A DNA stretch of 64,000 bases, from NCBI GenBank assembly GCA_038321985.1, contig JBBQFN010000001.1, forward strand, positions 224,001-288,000, given 5' to 3'. The notes beneath the pieces are model-generated. The model saw only the letters and a list, made by a program, of their open reading frames with translations. It was not told the DNA's origin and did not search any database. Made by a program: the position numbers and the translations under genes. Positions 1 to 9,930 of the stretch are shown here, one piece after another. Every line of letters starts with the position of its first letter. The stretch's first letter is position 1. Origin of the DNA: Cyanophyceae cyanobacterium. Lineage in GTDB: Bacteria > Cyanobacteriota > Cyanobacteriia > Cyanobacteriales > Laspinemataceae.

Positions 1-37
1 AAGGGTTGCACCGGGACTGCGCCCTTACGCAACCCTT
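1..37. terminator. Hairpin (AAGGGTTGC...GCAACCCTT), possible terminator
   Basis: 9-bp inverted repeat at 1-9 and 29-37, downstream of hpsJ. Confidence 0.35.
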
Positions 38-203
38 TCACCCTAATTTTTACCCAGAGGAGACGATGGAAACGAGGGTAATTTCACCCCATGAATTGAC
101 CTACAATTTCAGAATTGAGGACTGTTCAAAATCAGTTTGTTTCTAGAATTGACAGGATAATCTCTGGCTGATGCCTCTTCTGTGGCATCTTCTTTCGCCT
201 CTT

Positions 204-1022
204 TTAACGACCGGCGGATTTACGCCGTCCTCCCCCTAAACTCCCCATACTTTTTAAACCCGTCCAGCCAATAATACTGTAAGCAATGGCTAACAACAAA
301 CTGCTAATTCCGGTTTGTAGTCCTAACTTGGTAAAGCGAGTTTGAGTCTGACCTTCGAGTTCTTGCTGCCGCGATCGAATCTGAGTGAGTTGTTGATTTT
401 TGAGAGTTTCTGTACTGAATTGCTGGTTCAAAAACTGGTCGATAGCTTCCGGATTTTGCTGAAATTGTTCTAGTAACTCCTTCTCTTGTTGGGGGACATC
501 CGGACTTGCCAGCGCCTCATTCAGTTGCTCAGGATTCGATAGTAATTGCCGAATTTGTCCCCCAATCGCGCTCCTTCTTTGTTGAATTTCAGTCTCCACG
601 TTTTCGGTTTCAAGTTGGCTTAATAACTGCCCTTCCGTCTGGCTGGCTTGTTGGCGAATCTGTTGCAATGCTTCAGCACTTTGCAACCGTACGTTATTCA
701 AATGCAGCGGGAACACTACTAAAAATACCACCCCCAGAATGGTAGACAACACAAAGGCCCAAAATCTTAAATCTTGAATCGGGTTCCGTCTGGTTGCGCC
801 GCCGCCTTCAGCGCCATCCATCCAAAATCCAGTGACTAAAAAGGCTATCCCCACTAAGGGGATAATTCCCCGTTCTACCACTTGAGCGGCATAAGCAATT
901 TGCCATTCTCTCGAACCGGGTTGAAAGGGAATCGCTAAAAGTACAAAATCCACCAAGGATGATAGGATTAAAATCACCGCGATTACTTTTAAAGACATTG
1001 AGGCTACAGACTGTTGATTCAT
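204..1022 (-). CDS. hpsJ: HpsJ-family membrane protein (hormogonium polysaccharide-associated)
   Basis: Three N-terminal TM helices with WQ..QVVERGIIPLVG and PLHLNN motifs, a Q-rich coiled coil and a C-terminal TM helix. Confidence 0.75.
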   Translation of the reverse strand: MNQQSVASMSLKVIAVILILSSLVDFVLLAIPFQPGSREWQIAYAAQVVERGIIPLVGIAFLVTGFWMDGAEGGGATRRNPIQDLRFWAFVLSTILGVVFLVVFPLHLNNVRLQSAEALQQIRQQASQTEGQLLSQLETENVETEIQQRRSAIGGQIRQLLSNPEQLNEALASPDVPQQEKELLEQFQQNPEAIDQFLNQQFSTETLKNQQLTQIRSRQQELEGQTQTRFTKLGLQTGISSLLLAIAYSIIGWTGLKSMGSLGGGRRKSAGR

Positions 1023-1645
1023 GGTTCTCCTATAATTTTCCCGATATATTCCCCAAAATAAGGGAAGTTTCTCTTTTCATTTTTCCCGCTCTTTCCGATG
1101 CTTTCCCTCCAGGACGTTAACTAGATTTTGGGGTTCAAGAGGAAAGGATTTTGATTCAGGGAGTTCCCTGGAACCGATGCACTGGTTATGGCAATTTGCG
1201 TTTAAACAACCCCTGGAGATTGGCAAAAATACTATTAACAGTAAAGGGTTTGCTATTTATCTGAGGGTGTCAGTTGATGGCGCATGGAAAAGCTGAGTTA
1301 TTGCCTCCTCCTGTTTGAGTTTAAACTTTCATCGGAGTGATTTTAACCTCAATTGGGTCGAGTTTACCCAAAATTTATTATGGTTTTTGGCGGGGGTCGG
1401 CGTTAGATTGAACGATTTGGTGATTTGAAAGCCCTTTTCTGTGGGTTGGGGAGGGAACCGCAGGGGAGTCCCACCGGATTAGACCGTTTGCATCCTTCCG
1501 GAACTCCCCCCTGATTAAGGGCGGCTGGGGGGTCTGTTTTTAATTCTGCACGGGGTCTATTGAATAAGGCTATGGGTGAAATAAACTAGCCTGTTTAGGG
1601 GTTTGACCGGGGAGAGACAAACTAGGCATCCTCCCCTTGCCTATT

Positions 1646-2962
1646 TTACTGCCTGGGGCGGTACCACTGAGCTAGACGAGCTGGGGAAACCCCCAGATAA
1701 TAGCCCAGAATCATCAGTTGATTGATGGCAGTGGTTCGGAGAATGCCCAATTTCTGCCATCGGCTGGCACAGGTGAAAGCGGGGGTCGGGGCGATCGCCA
1801 GGGGTCCCCGACGTTTCAAGCGCCGCACGAACTCGAAATCTTCCATGATGCTGATCTGAGCAAATCCTCCCAGTTCCCGAAAGGTGGCCGCCCGAACAAA
1901 AATCCCTTGGTCCCCGTATGGCATTTGTCCCAGGCGCGATCGCCACTTGACGCCCCATTCGATCGCTCGCAATAAGGGTCCGGGGGCATCAATTTTCAAT
2001 TCAAAGGCTCCCCCGACAATTTCGGGTTTCCCCAAGATCTGCCGGATATCGGTCTCGAATCCAGGACCTAACCGAGTATCTCCATGTAAAAATAGTAGAA
2101 TCTCCCCCGTTGCCTGCTCTGCGCCCACATTCATTTGCCGCCCTCTGCCTGGTTCGCTACAGATAACCCTGACCCCATAAGAGGCGGCAATTTCCCGGGT
2201 GCGATCGCTCGATCCTCCATCCACTACAATAATTTCTACATCAGAGAGTTCACAAATTCCCCCTAGAGTGGACCCAATCCGGGCTTCTTCATTCAATACC
2301 GGCACGATAACTGATATTTTGCCCGGGTTCGGGCTCAGGCAGAATCGAGACCCTAATTTGGCTAAATCTTCCGGGCGATCGATATCTCCAAGTTCCGGTA
2401 ACTGATCAACGGTGAGGGACTCAGCAGCAGCGACGGCTAAAGTTTGTGCCAAAACTTCCCCAGTCCCCCACTCAATCCCCTGGAATATCTCGGGAACGCG
2501 CCGGGAAAGTCCGATCAGATAATAGCCCCCATCTATCGCGGGTCCCAATACGATGTCATGGTGGTGTAGAGATTTAAACGCTTGGATGAGGAGGGCCGCC
2601 TCTAAATCCGGGCAATCGGTACCGATCATGACCACCCGAGAACACCGGGCATTAAACGCATCCTCAGACGCCGTTTTAAGGCGATCGCCCAAATCTCCCT
2701 CTCCCTGGCTGCGATACTCCAAATCTCCACCCAACCACCCTTGGATCTGGTCCAGGGTTCCCCCGGTAAATCGGACCTCTACCGGCATTTTTTCTAACTT
2801 TGACCATTCTCGAACCGTTGCTAGGGTATGTTCGCTCAGTTGCCGGTGCAATTGCGCCGCCCCCTGTGCTCCTAATGCTGGAATCAGCCTGGTTTTGGTC
2901 GTTCCAGGGTGGGGAAGGCGGGTAAAAACAATCAGGCGATCGAGATGGGGGTGAGAAAGCAT
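1646..2962 (-). CDS. Fused DUF2064 (TIGR04282-like) and GT2 (TIGR04283-like) glycosyltransferase
   Basis: N-half has KTRL, GTDCP and GPAIDGGYYLIG; C-half has SVIVPVLNE, VVDGGSSD, LFLHGD, YGDQG and MEDFE. Confidence 0.85.
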   Translation of the reverse strand: MLSHPHLDRLIVFTRLPHPGTTKTRLIPALGAQGAAQLHRQLSEHTLATVREWSKLEKMPVEVRFTGGTLDQIQGWLGGDLEYRSQGEGDLGDRLKTASEDAFNARCSRVVMIGTDCPDLEAALLIQAFKSLHHHDIVLGPAIDGGYYLIGLSRRVPEIFQGIEWGTGEVLAQTLAVAAAESLTVDQLPELGDIDRPEDLAKLGSRFCLSPNPGKISVIVPVLNEEARIGSTLGGICELSDVEIIVVDGGSSDRTREIAASYGVRVICSEPGRGRQMNVGAEQATGEILLFLHGDTRLGPGFETDIRQILGKPEIVGGAFELKIDAPGPLLRAIEWGVKWRSRLGQMPYGDQGIFVRAATFRELGGFAQISIMEDFEFVRRLKRRGPLAIAPTPAFTCASRWQKLGILRTTAINQLMILGYYLGVSPARLAQWYRPRQ

Positions 2963-3071
2963 GAAACAAAAGCCAGGATGAACTAGGAAGGAGGAACAGG
3001 GAAAGATAGACGGGGAAAAATGAGCAGATTGCCTAAAATAGGGTGGAAAACCCTCATTTTAATTCAACTGG

Positions 3072-3794
3072 ATGAATCATAACGTCGAAGTCTTAGCCGA
3101 TAAAACTGCCTTAATTGAGCGATCGCTGGAACTGGTGCAGGCCAGAATAGAAGCAGCGATTCAACAGGGCGATCGCTGTACCATCGCCCTTGCCGGTGGC
3201 AGCACCCCTAAACCCTTGTATGAATCCCTCGCTAAACTGGAGCTACCCTGGGAAAAAATCCATATTTTCTGGGGCGACGAACGTTATGTCTCCCCAGACG
3301 ACCCCGATAGTAATCAACGGATGGCCCGTCAAGCATGGCTTGATCGCGTCAGCCTTCCCGAAGCCAACATTCACCCGATTCCTACCCAAGGTAACGATCC
3401 GGCTAGCGACGCCCAGCAGCACGAGGCCCAGTTACAAGAATTCTTTGCCATTTCCCCAGGAGAGTTCCCCAATTTTGATATCATTTTGCTGGGAATCGGC
3501 GATGACGCTCATACTGCCTCCCTGTTTCCCCATACCGAAGCCTTACAAGTGCGCGATCGGCTCGTGACCGTAGGCAATAAAGACGGACAGCCCCGCATCA
3601 CCTTTACCGTACCCCTGATTAACCACGCCCATAATGTCTTCTTTCTGGTGGCCGGTGCCTCCAAACAACAAGCCCTCGATCAAATTTTCGCCGTCGAAGC
3701 TGACCCCATAACCTACCCGGCGCGGCTGATTCAGCCTTTAGGCGAGTTATGGTGGCTATTAGATGAACCGGCAGGACGGGAGTTAGCCGTCTAA
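3072..3794 (+). CDS. pgl: 6-phosphogluconolactonase
   Basis: ALAGGSTP, FWGDERYV, LLGIGDDAHTASLFP and RITFT motifs. Confidence 0.95.
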   Translation: MNHNVEVLADKTALIERSLELVQARIEAAIQQGDRCTIALAGGSTPKPLYESLAKLELPWEKIHIFWGDERYVSPDDPDSNQRMARQAWLDRVSLPEANIHPIPTQGNDPASDAQQHEAQLQEFFAISPGEFPNFDIILLGIGDDAHTASLFPHTEALQVRDRLVTVGNKDGQPRITFTVPLINHAHNVFFLVAGASKQQALDQIFAVEADPITYPARLIQPLGELWWLLDEPAGRELAV

Positions 3795-3961
3795 ACGGTC
3801 TATCCCCAATTGCACGGCGGACTGTTCATGTCCGAGGTCTGATGGACTTTTTACATTAACCGCCCGTTGCTATTCTCTCAAAGAAGCGATTGCACCGCCG
3901 CAATAGCAGCAGTTTAAACCCGTCTTTTCTTCTATCGTATCGAAGCGAGAACTTAACGAAG

Positions 3962-4762
3962 ATGATAGTTTGCCCGAATTGCAATCACCAAAACCCAGAT
4001 GGAGCCATCCAATGTGAGGCTTGTTTGACTCCTTTGCCTGCTACCATGAACTGCCCCTCCTGTGGGGCAACAGTCCAAACTGATGCTGCCTTCTGCGGAC
4101 AGTGTGGCTATAATCTCCAGGTGGGTGGTGCTGAGGAAGGTTCTTCAGCCGAAGTCCCGGAACTTACGCCTGTAGTGGCTTCTCCTGACCCGGTTTCCTT
4201 CTCGGGCTCGGTTCCTGACCTGGAAGCAATGGAACCCCTAGTCTCACTAGACCCCCTAGCCGGATTTTCGACGTCTGAACCGGAAGCGGCAACTCCTCCT
4301 ACTCCTGTCGCTGCGCCAATCCTCCCCACTCCGACTCCGGCACCGACTCCAGCCCCCACTCCGGCACCGACTCCGGCACCGACTCCAGCCCCCACTCCCG
4401 TTGTCAACAGTTCGCAAACTCAACTGCAAGTGCCAAAGCAGGCGCAACTGTTCCATGTTCAAACGAATACTCCGGTAGAATTGCCATCCACTCTGTCAGT
4501 GCTTCACATTGGTAAACCCAATGATATGGTCCCGCCCGATGTGGATGTCTCGGGATTTCCCCATTCTGAAGTCGTCTCTCGAATTCATGCTGATATTCGA
4601 GTGGAGGGAGACAGTTATTTTCTGGAGGATGTGGGCAGTTCTAATGGAACCTACGTCAATAATCTGCCGTTATCCAAGGGGAACCGGCATCGCCTCCGTC
4701 CTGGCGATCGCATTGCCCTGGGTAAAGGGGATATGATCACCTTTATTTTCCAATTGTCTTAG
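3962..4762 (+). CDS. Double zinc-ribbon plus FHA domain protein (FraH-like)
   Basis: Four CxxC pairs after ATG 3962, a Pro-rich linker, and FHA motifs IGK, VSRIHA and DVGSSNGTYVN. Confidence 0.85.
   Translation: MIVCPNCNHQNPDGAIQCEACLTPLPATMNCPSCGATVQTDAAFCGQCGYNLQVGGAEEGSSAEVPELTPVVASPDPVSFSGSVPDLEAMEPLVSLDPLAGFSTSEPEAATPPTPVAAPILPTPTPAPTPAPTPAPTPAPTPAPTPVVNSSQTQLQVPKQAQLFHVQTNTPVELPSTLSVLHIGKPNDMVPPDVDVSGFPHSEVVSRIHADIRVEGDSYFLEDVGSSNGTYVNNLPLSKGNRHRLRPGDRIALGKGDMITFIFQLS
4325..4399 (+). repeat. 12-bp tandem repeat encoding (PTPA)n linker
   Basis: CCGACTCCGGCA / CCGACTCCAGCC / CCCACTCCGGCA units, about 6 copies. Confidence 0.9.
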
Positions 4763-5161
4763 GGTTTAAGAATTGACAGCCTTCCGGCTTGACAGACTCA
4801 CCGCCAACTTTTTCTAAGTCTGGCGGGGGGTTTTGTTAGCGGCCTAATTCAACCCTTTATTTCCATTCCAGTGTTAAGTAATCTCTTGTTTGGTGTACAA
4901 GAGAGTGCCTTTTTTTAGGACTGAAATTGCATCTCAACCCAGGCGATCGCCTCTTTATGGGATTCTCCCAATAAGAGAGTGGGTCTCACTCCACATCACG
5001 ATGCAGCAGTCTGAGGGATAATGAGACTTGAGATGCAGGTCAGGTGACAGGACTATCTTTAAACGGGGCCTTTTTTTAACCCGGGAAATTTAAGTAGCCT
5101 GTTGCAACTGTACCTTGAGCCTTTGTTATCAAAGGTAGATCTACTCAATAGGGATGCTCCT

Positions 5162-5623
5162 GTGATTACATTAACTTTATTGCATCCGATTAAGTCCACG
5201 CCGATGCAGAGTTGGAAATTTGAGAATGAATCTGTCATTCGGATTGGACGTGCGACGGATAACAATGTCGTCCTCTATAGTGCCGTTGTCTCACGACATC
5301 ATGTGGAATTGCGGCGGGTCGGTCTCCAATGGAAAATTATTAACCTGGGAACGAATGGGACTTATCTAAAGGGAACTGCCATTACTCAAGTAACCGCAGA
5401 AGATGGCCTGGTTTTTTCTCTAGCGCGATCGGGTCCGCAAATCCAAATTCATTTGGCAAAATATAAACCCAAACTCTCCTCGCACTCTCAAGAATTAGAG
5501 ACTGGTATGCGTCTGCCGGAACAGGATGGAGACAGCGTGACTGCTGAGGATGTAACCACACCCATTACCCTCCCTCAAACTTCTTTGGAACCCAACGTCA
5601 TTAGAAAGGGGAATCAACCCTGA
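5162..5623 (+). CDS. FHA domain protein
   Basis: Probable GTG start (VITLTLLHP); FHA motifs IGRATDN, VSRHH and GTNGT. Confidence 0.85.
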   Translation: MITLTLLHPIKSTPMQSWKFENESVIRIGRATDNNVVLYSAVVSRHHVELRRVGLQWKIINLGTNGTYLKGTAITQVTAEDGLVFSLARSGPQIQIHLAKYKPKLSSHSQELETGMRLPEQDGDSVTAEDVTTPITLPQTSLEPNVIRKGNQP

Positions 5624-5902
5624 TTAATCTCCCTGTACCTGTCCGATTTTGTTAACATCGGCTCAGAAAGTATCACAATAGATGCATCCAGTCCTTTAGG
5701 GTGCGATCGCGACAGCAACTTTGCTCGCTTAGTCGAGAATAAACCACTCACGGTATATCTCGTGACTCCTAGCAGGGTAAGCTCTCCCTCGCTACGAGAA
5801 GCCCACTGGTTTTTGGCTAAGGGTAATTTCCTGGGAGTAGGCCCGGGACTCAGGTCAATGATTCAACCCACTGATGAGTTTATAACTTATAGGAGTTTTG
5901 AC

Positions 5903-6907
5903 ATGGCAATCGAACAACAGGTGATCCACTTTTCTCAGTTGCTCAATCGTCGTATTATCGACCGCAGCACAGCAGAAGAAGTAGGCCGACTTGATGAACT
6001 GTGGCTGAATCCCACATCCCATCACGTGGTGGGATTTTCCTCTAAATCAGGCGGAGTTCTGGGATTGGGGGTTAAAAAACATTCTTTTAGTTGGGAACAA
6101 ATTTATAGTATCGGCGCGGATAGTATTTTAGTCAATATTAATGCCGAGGTGGAAGAAGCTGAAAAGTCCCCGGAGATAAGTCCTCCGATTATTGGTCATG
6201 AAGTCTTGACCGAGAGCGGGAATACAGCGGGTCACTTGCGAGATTATATCATTGCAACTCAGACTGGCGCAATCGTCGGTTATCTTTATAAATCTAGCGG
6301 TTGGCGGGGTGCAGTGGATGGCACTTATGTACTTTCTCCAGATGATATTACTAGCATCGGGAGTAAGCGAATTCTTGTTGGAGATACAGCAGTCCAAGAG
6401 CCTCAAGCCTACACCGATGGTATGAATCAAAAACTGAATAAAGTGGGGGAGTTACTCAAAGAAGACTATGGGAAAACAATGGGGGATTTACGCGGGTTAA
6501 TTAAAGGAGCGCAGAATATCTCCGAACAAGCAAAAAGTAAAGTGCAAGAAGTCGCGGGACAAGCCCGAGAAGGTACGGCATCCTTTGCTGAACAAGCCCG
6601 AGAAAAAGCTCAAGAAGTCGCCGGACAAGCCCGAGAAGGTACGGCATCTTTTGCTGAACAGGCCCGAGAAAAAGCCCAAGAAATGGCAAATCAAACCCGA
6701 GAAGGTACGGCATCTTTTGCGGAACAGGCCCGAGAAAAAGCCCAAGAAATGGCAAATCAAACCCGCGATCGCGTCGCTGAGATGAGAGGCGAACCAAAAA
6801 CAGTTCCCTTACCCGAGAAATCTATAATTGAAGTGGAAATCACTTCTGTAGAAATCCAAACTCTTCCGGAACCACCCCAGCCAGCAAAACCGTTAGAAGA
6901 ACAATAG
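5903..6907 (+). CDS. Tandem PRC-barrel protein with 22-aa amphipathic repeat tail
   Basis: AGGAG RBS before ATG 5903; two PRC-barrel-like units (EEVGRLDEL...IGADSILV and GNTAGHLRDY...IGSKRILV). Confidence 0.8.
   Translation: MAIEQQVIHFSQLLNRRIIDRSTAEEVGRLDELWLNPTSHHVVGFSSKSGGVLGLGVKKHSFSWEQIYSIGADSILVNINAEVEEAEKSPEISPPIIGHEVLTESGNTAGHLRDYIIATQTGAIVGYLYKSSGWRGAVDGTYVLSPDDITSIGSKRILVGDTAVQEPQAYTDGMNQKLNKVGELLKEDYGKTMGDLRGLIKGAQNISEQAKSKVQEVAGQAREGTASFAEQAREKAQEVAGQAREGTASFAEQAREKAQEMANQTREGTASFAEQAREKAQEMANQTRDRVAEMRGEPKTVPLPEKSIIEVEITSVEIQTLPEPPQPAKPLEEQ
6534..6764 (+). repeat. 66-bp tandem repeat (about 3.5 copies) encoding KAQEVAGQAREGTASFAEQARE
   Basis: Near-identical CCCGAGAAGGTACGGCATC...GAACA units at 66-nt spacing. 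Confidence 0.9.
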
Positions 6908-6929
6908 GATTAAATTTTTTCACGGGTCT

Positions 6930-7013
6930 AGACGTCTTTCCTGTAGCCGACAATACCGGGAATTTTCGCCGGTAACATCCCCAACTTACTCGGCACTCTT
7001 AGGAAAGACGTCT
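6930..7013. repeat. 84-nt element with perfect 13-bp terminal inverted repeats and nested stems
   Basis: AGACGTCTTTCCT pairs with AGGAAAGACGTCT; internal GCCGA/TCGGC and TACCGG/CCGGTA. Confidence 0.7.
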
Positions 7014-7024
7014 GATTGATAGGA

Positions 7025-7065
7025 GAGGGCGATCGCCTCTACTTCTGTTAGGAGATCGCCCTCTT
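7025..7065. terminator. HIP1-containing hairpin between convergent genes
   Basis: AGAGGGCGATC...GATCGCCCTCT stem. Confidence 0.5.
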
Positions 7066-7107
7066 CTAATTTGCGTCAGGTGGGTCACCCCCACCCAACC
7101 CTCAAAT

Positions 7108-8634
7108 CTAAGCGCCTACAGATTCTTTCGCCGCGTACATCACTTCCAAAGAGATTTGGCTGAACCCACGTTCCCGGGCAAATTTCTCCGTATTCCGCTT
7201 CACTTTACCGCGCACAAAACCGGGAACCTTGTTCAATTCTCCTTGTGCTTCCTTGGTCCAGTTCAAATCAGAATCAGCAGAAATCGTTTTCTGAATCACC
7301 TCTTTCGTATCATGTCCACCAAAGATTTCCAGCAGGTGATCTTCCATCCCCAAGGTAAACGAGTTATAAACCAAATCTGTGACTTGATTTGTCCCTTCAT
7401 ACCCCAGGAATGGTTTATATCCAATGGGGAAGTTTTGGATATGAATCGGTGCGGCAATCACGCCACAAGGAATATTTAAACGCTTGCCAACGTGACGTTC
7501 CATTTGCGTCCCAAAAATGGCTGAGGGTTCAATCCGGGCGATCGCATCTCCAATTTCCCCATTATCTTCACTAATCAGCACTTCATCACAATATTCGCTT
7601 ACTTGTTCCCGGAACCAGTCTGCATCATATTTGCAATAAGTTCCGGCCAAAACTACATGAATTCCCATTTCCCGCGCCAGCACCTTTGTCATAGCTGCCG
7701 CATGGGTATTATCCCCAAACACCACCGCCTTTTTACCCGTTAAATTCTGGCAGTCAATCGAACGAGAAAACCAGGCTGCTTGGGAAACAAACATGGTTTG
7801 ATGATTGATATACTCTTCGTAATCCACATTTGCGCCTTGCTCATTAATCACCTGCTGAATTTTACGAATACAGCGGGCTGTTTCGACCACCCCCATGGGC
7901 GTGATATCCACATAAGGCATTCCAAATTCTTCGGCAAGATATTGGGCACTCATCAACCCAATTTCCCGATAAGGTATCAAATTAAACCAAGCGCGAGGTA
8001 AGTTTTTCAACTCAGTAACATAGGCACCTTCCGGGATAACGGCATTAATTTCAATCCCCAAATCTGCCATTAACCGTTTCAGTTCAATACAGTCATGCTG
8101 ATTGTGGAAACCCAGAGTCGTCATGCCGATGATATTCACCGAAGGTTTTTCGGTTTTGCCTTCACCGATTTCGCCTTTTTTGCGACCTTTGGCGATATAA
8201 AATTGTAGGATTTGTAGCAGAGTTTTGTCGGCTGCTTGCAGTTCATTAACCCGGTAGTGGTTGACATCCGCCAACATGACATCGCCCTTTGATTCCATCT
8301 GCGCCCGATCTACAAAGTTTTGTAAATCTTCTTGGAGAATGCTAGAGGTGCAGGTGGGGGTTAGTACAATCAAGTCCGGGGTTTCTTCTTGGTCCTTGCG
8401 AACGATATTATCGATCACTTTTTCTTGAGAGCCCCGGGCAAGAACGTTGCGATCGACTACGCTAATAGTTACTGGGGTATAATTCCGCTCCCGCTCTAGC
8501 ATAGACCGCATCACGTTAAAATAGTCATCGCCAAGGGGCGCGTGCATGATCGCATGGACATTTTTGAAGGAACTAGCAACGCGGAGGGTGCCAATGTGGG
8601 CGGGTCCTGCATACATCCAGTAAGCTAATTTCAT
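7108..8634 (-). CDS. chlB: Light-independent protochlorophyllide reductase subunit B
   Basis: [36 protein letters not shown] and C-terminal PCP_red ([17 protein letters not shown]). Confidence 0.98.
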   Translation of the reverse strand: MKLAYWMYAGPAHIGTLRVASSFKNVHAIMHAPLGDDYFNVMRSMLERERNYTPVTISVVDRNVLARGSQEKVIDNIVRKDQEETPDLIVLTPTCTSSILQEDLQNFVDRAQMESKGDVMLADVNHYRVNELQAADKTLLQILQFYIAKGRKKGEIGEGKTEKPSVNIIGMTTLGFHNQHDCIELKRLMADLGIEINAVIPEGAYVTELKNLPRAWFNLIPYREIGLMSAQYLAEEFGMPYVDITPMGVVETARCIRKIQQVINEQGANVDYEEYINHQTMFVSQAAWFSRSIDCQNLTGKKAVVFGDNTHAAAMTKVLAREMGIHVVLAGTYCKYDADWFREQVSEYCDEVLISEDNGEIGDAIARIEPSAIFGTQMERHVGKRLNIPCGVIAAPIHIQNFPIGYKPFLGYEGTNQVTDLVYNSFTLGMEDHLLEIFGGHDTKEVIQKTISADSDLNWTKEAQGELNKVPGFVRGKVKRNTEKFARERGFSQISLEVMYAAKESVGA

Positions 8635-8898
8635 TTGAGTGTTCTCCCTTGTTCGGTTTAAATACAGCGTTTTGAGCGACTGCGATAAGCTGTTGTTGAT
8701 TATCTCAAAATTCCAGAGGTTCTGAGAGGCGACTTTTCAAGTATAAATGCTTAGGAATCATCGAAACCCCCTAGGCGGCTGCGATCCAGGTTAATATTAA
8801 AACAATATTTTGGTTTTCTTTGTAAGAAATATTAATATTTTGATACCCTCTGTAATTTTACACCAGGGTTGGGGATTTTGAGGAGGGGGGAGAAGAAG

Positions 8899-8960
8899 AA
8901 CCACAGATTACACCAATTTTCACGGATTTAACTCTGTGAAAATCGGTGTAATCCGTGGTT
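8899..8960. repeat. Imperfect palindrome with 28-bp arms and 6-nt loop
   Basis: AACCACAGATTACACCAATTTTCACGGA versus TCTGTGAAAATCGGTGTAATCCGTGGTT, 3 mismatches. Confidence 0.85.
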
Positions 8961-8992
8961 ACCAGATTAAGCAGCCATAGGAGTAGAGTTCT

Positions 8993-9547
8993 ATGATTTT
9001 GACAACGGCAAAATGGACGGTGGAAGAGTATCACCAAATGATTGCTGCGGGGATTTTAGAAGGGCGGCAGGTAGAGTTATTAAATGGAGAAGTTGTAGAG
9101 ATGGCCCCAGAGGGAGAAGCTCATGCTTACTGTAGCGATGAAGCGGGAGAGTATCTCATCTATTTATTAGGAAATCGGGCAAAAGTGCGGCAAGCTAAAC
9201 CGATTACGTTGCTAGAGAGTAGTTCGGAACCGGAACCAGATATTGCAGTGGTGCAAAGGCGGGGACGAGATTACCGAGAGCATCATCCTTATCCAGAAGA
9301 TATTTTTTGGGTGATAGAATATTCGGATACCAGTTTAAATAAAGATTTGGAGGTGAAGAGTCAGGTTTACGGGAAAGCGGGGATTCCCGAATATTGGATT
9401 GTGAATTTACGAACTCGGCAGGTGATTGTTTTAAGGATGCCTACGGATGAAGGGTATCAGTGTCAAGAGGTGTTAACAACAGGGGAGATTAATCCGGTCA
9501 GTTTTCCGGATGTGACGGTGGCGATCGCTCGATTATTTGGGGTTTAG
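8993..9547 (+). CDS. Uma2 (DUF820) family endonuclease-fold protein
   Basis: WTVEEYHQM, VELLNGEVVEM, SEPEPDIAV, IEYSDTSL and YGKAGIPEYWIVNL; AGGAG RBS. Confidence 0.92.
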   Translation: MILTTAKWTVEEYHQMIAAGILEGRQVELLNGEVVEMAPEGEAHAYCSDEAGEYLIYLLGNRAKVRQAKPITLLESSSEPEPDIAVVQRRGRDYREHHPYPEDIFWVIEYSDTSLNKDLEVKSQVYGKAGIPEYWIVNLRTRQVIVLRMPTDEGYQCQEVLTTGEINPVSFPDVTVAIARLFGV

Positions 9548-9624
9548 AAAAAAGGGACCCTCAGAAACAGCCCATCCCCGTATTGCAAAGTGATTATAAT
9601 AGTAACGTTGCGAGGAATAGAGCC

Positions 9625-9870
9625 ATGAGTATCGTTATCCCCAATGAACTGCTGACAGCAACCCGCATGACGGAAGCGGAAATGAAACAAGAAATCGCCG
9701 TCATGCTCTTTCAGAAAGAGAAACTCACCCTAGGACAAGCAAGTCGATTTGCAGCCATGAATCGCATCGCCTTTCAACATTTACTTGCCAGCCGTCAAAT
9801 CCCCGTTCATTATGATGTAGAGGACTTTGAGGAAGATATTAAAAATCTGCGGGATAGGGGTAGACTCTGA
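9625..9870 (+). CDS. UPF0175 family antitoxin
   Basis: EIAVMLFQKEKLTLGQASRFA...FQHLLASRQIP..YDVEDFEED; AGGA RBS before ATG 9625. Confidence 0.85.
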   Translation: MSIVIPNELLTATRMTEAEMKQEIAVMLFQKEKLTLGQASRFAAMNRIAFQHLLASRQIPVHYDVEDFEEDIKNLRDRGRL

Positions 9871-9887
9871 TTATTGTCAGCGATACC
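9867..9887 (+). pseudogene. 7-codon 5' stub of DUF3368-type PIN toxin
   Basis: (C)TG ATT ATT GTC AGC GAT ACC encodes xIIVSDT and overlaps the UPF0175 stop, matching the usual MIIVSDTS start; similarity ends right after. Confidence 0.6.
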
Positions 9888-9930
9888 TTACAGATTAAAA
9901 ATTTAGGGGATATTGCTAAACAGAAATTTA

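Noticed and set aside
4108..4407. Antisense ORF with (GVGA)n
   Set aside because: It is the reverse-strand shadow of the PTPA linker.
6534..6764. 66-bp periodicity as a possible CRISPR array
   Set aside because: The units are in-frame coding repeats with no unique spacers, and no cas genes are present.
8851..8862. TGTA...TACA upstream of chlB as an NtcA site
   Set aside because: The spacing is too short for GTA-N8-TAC.
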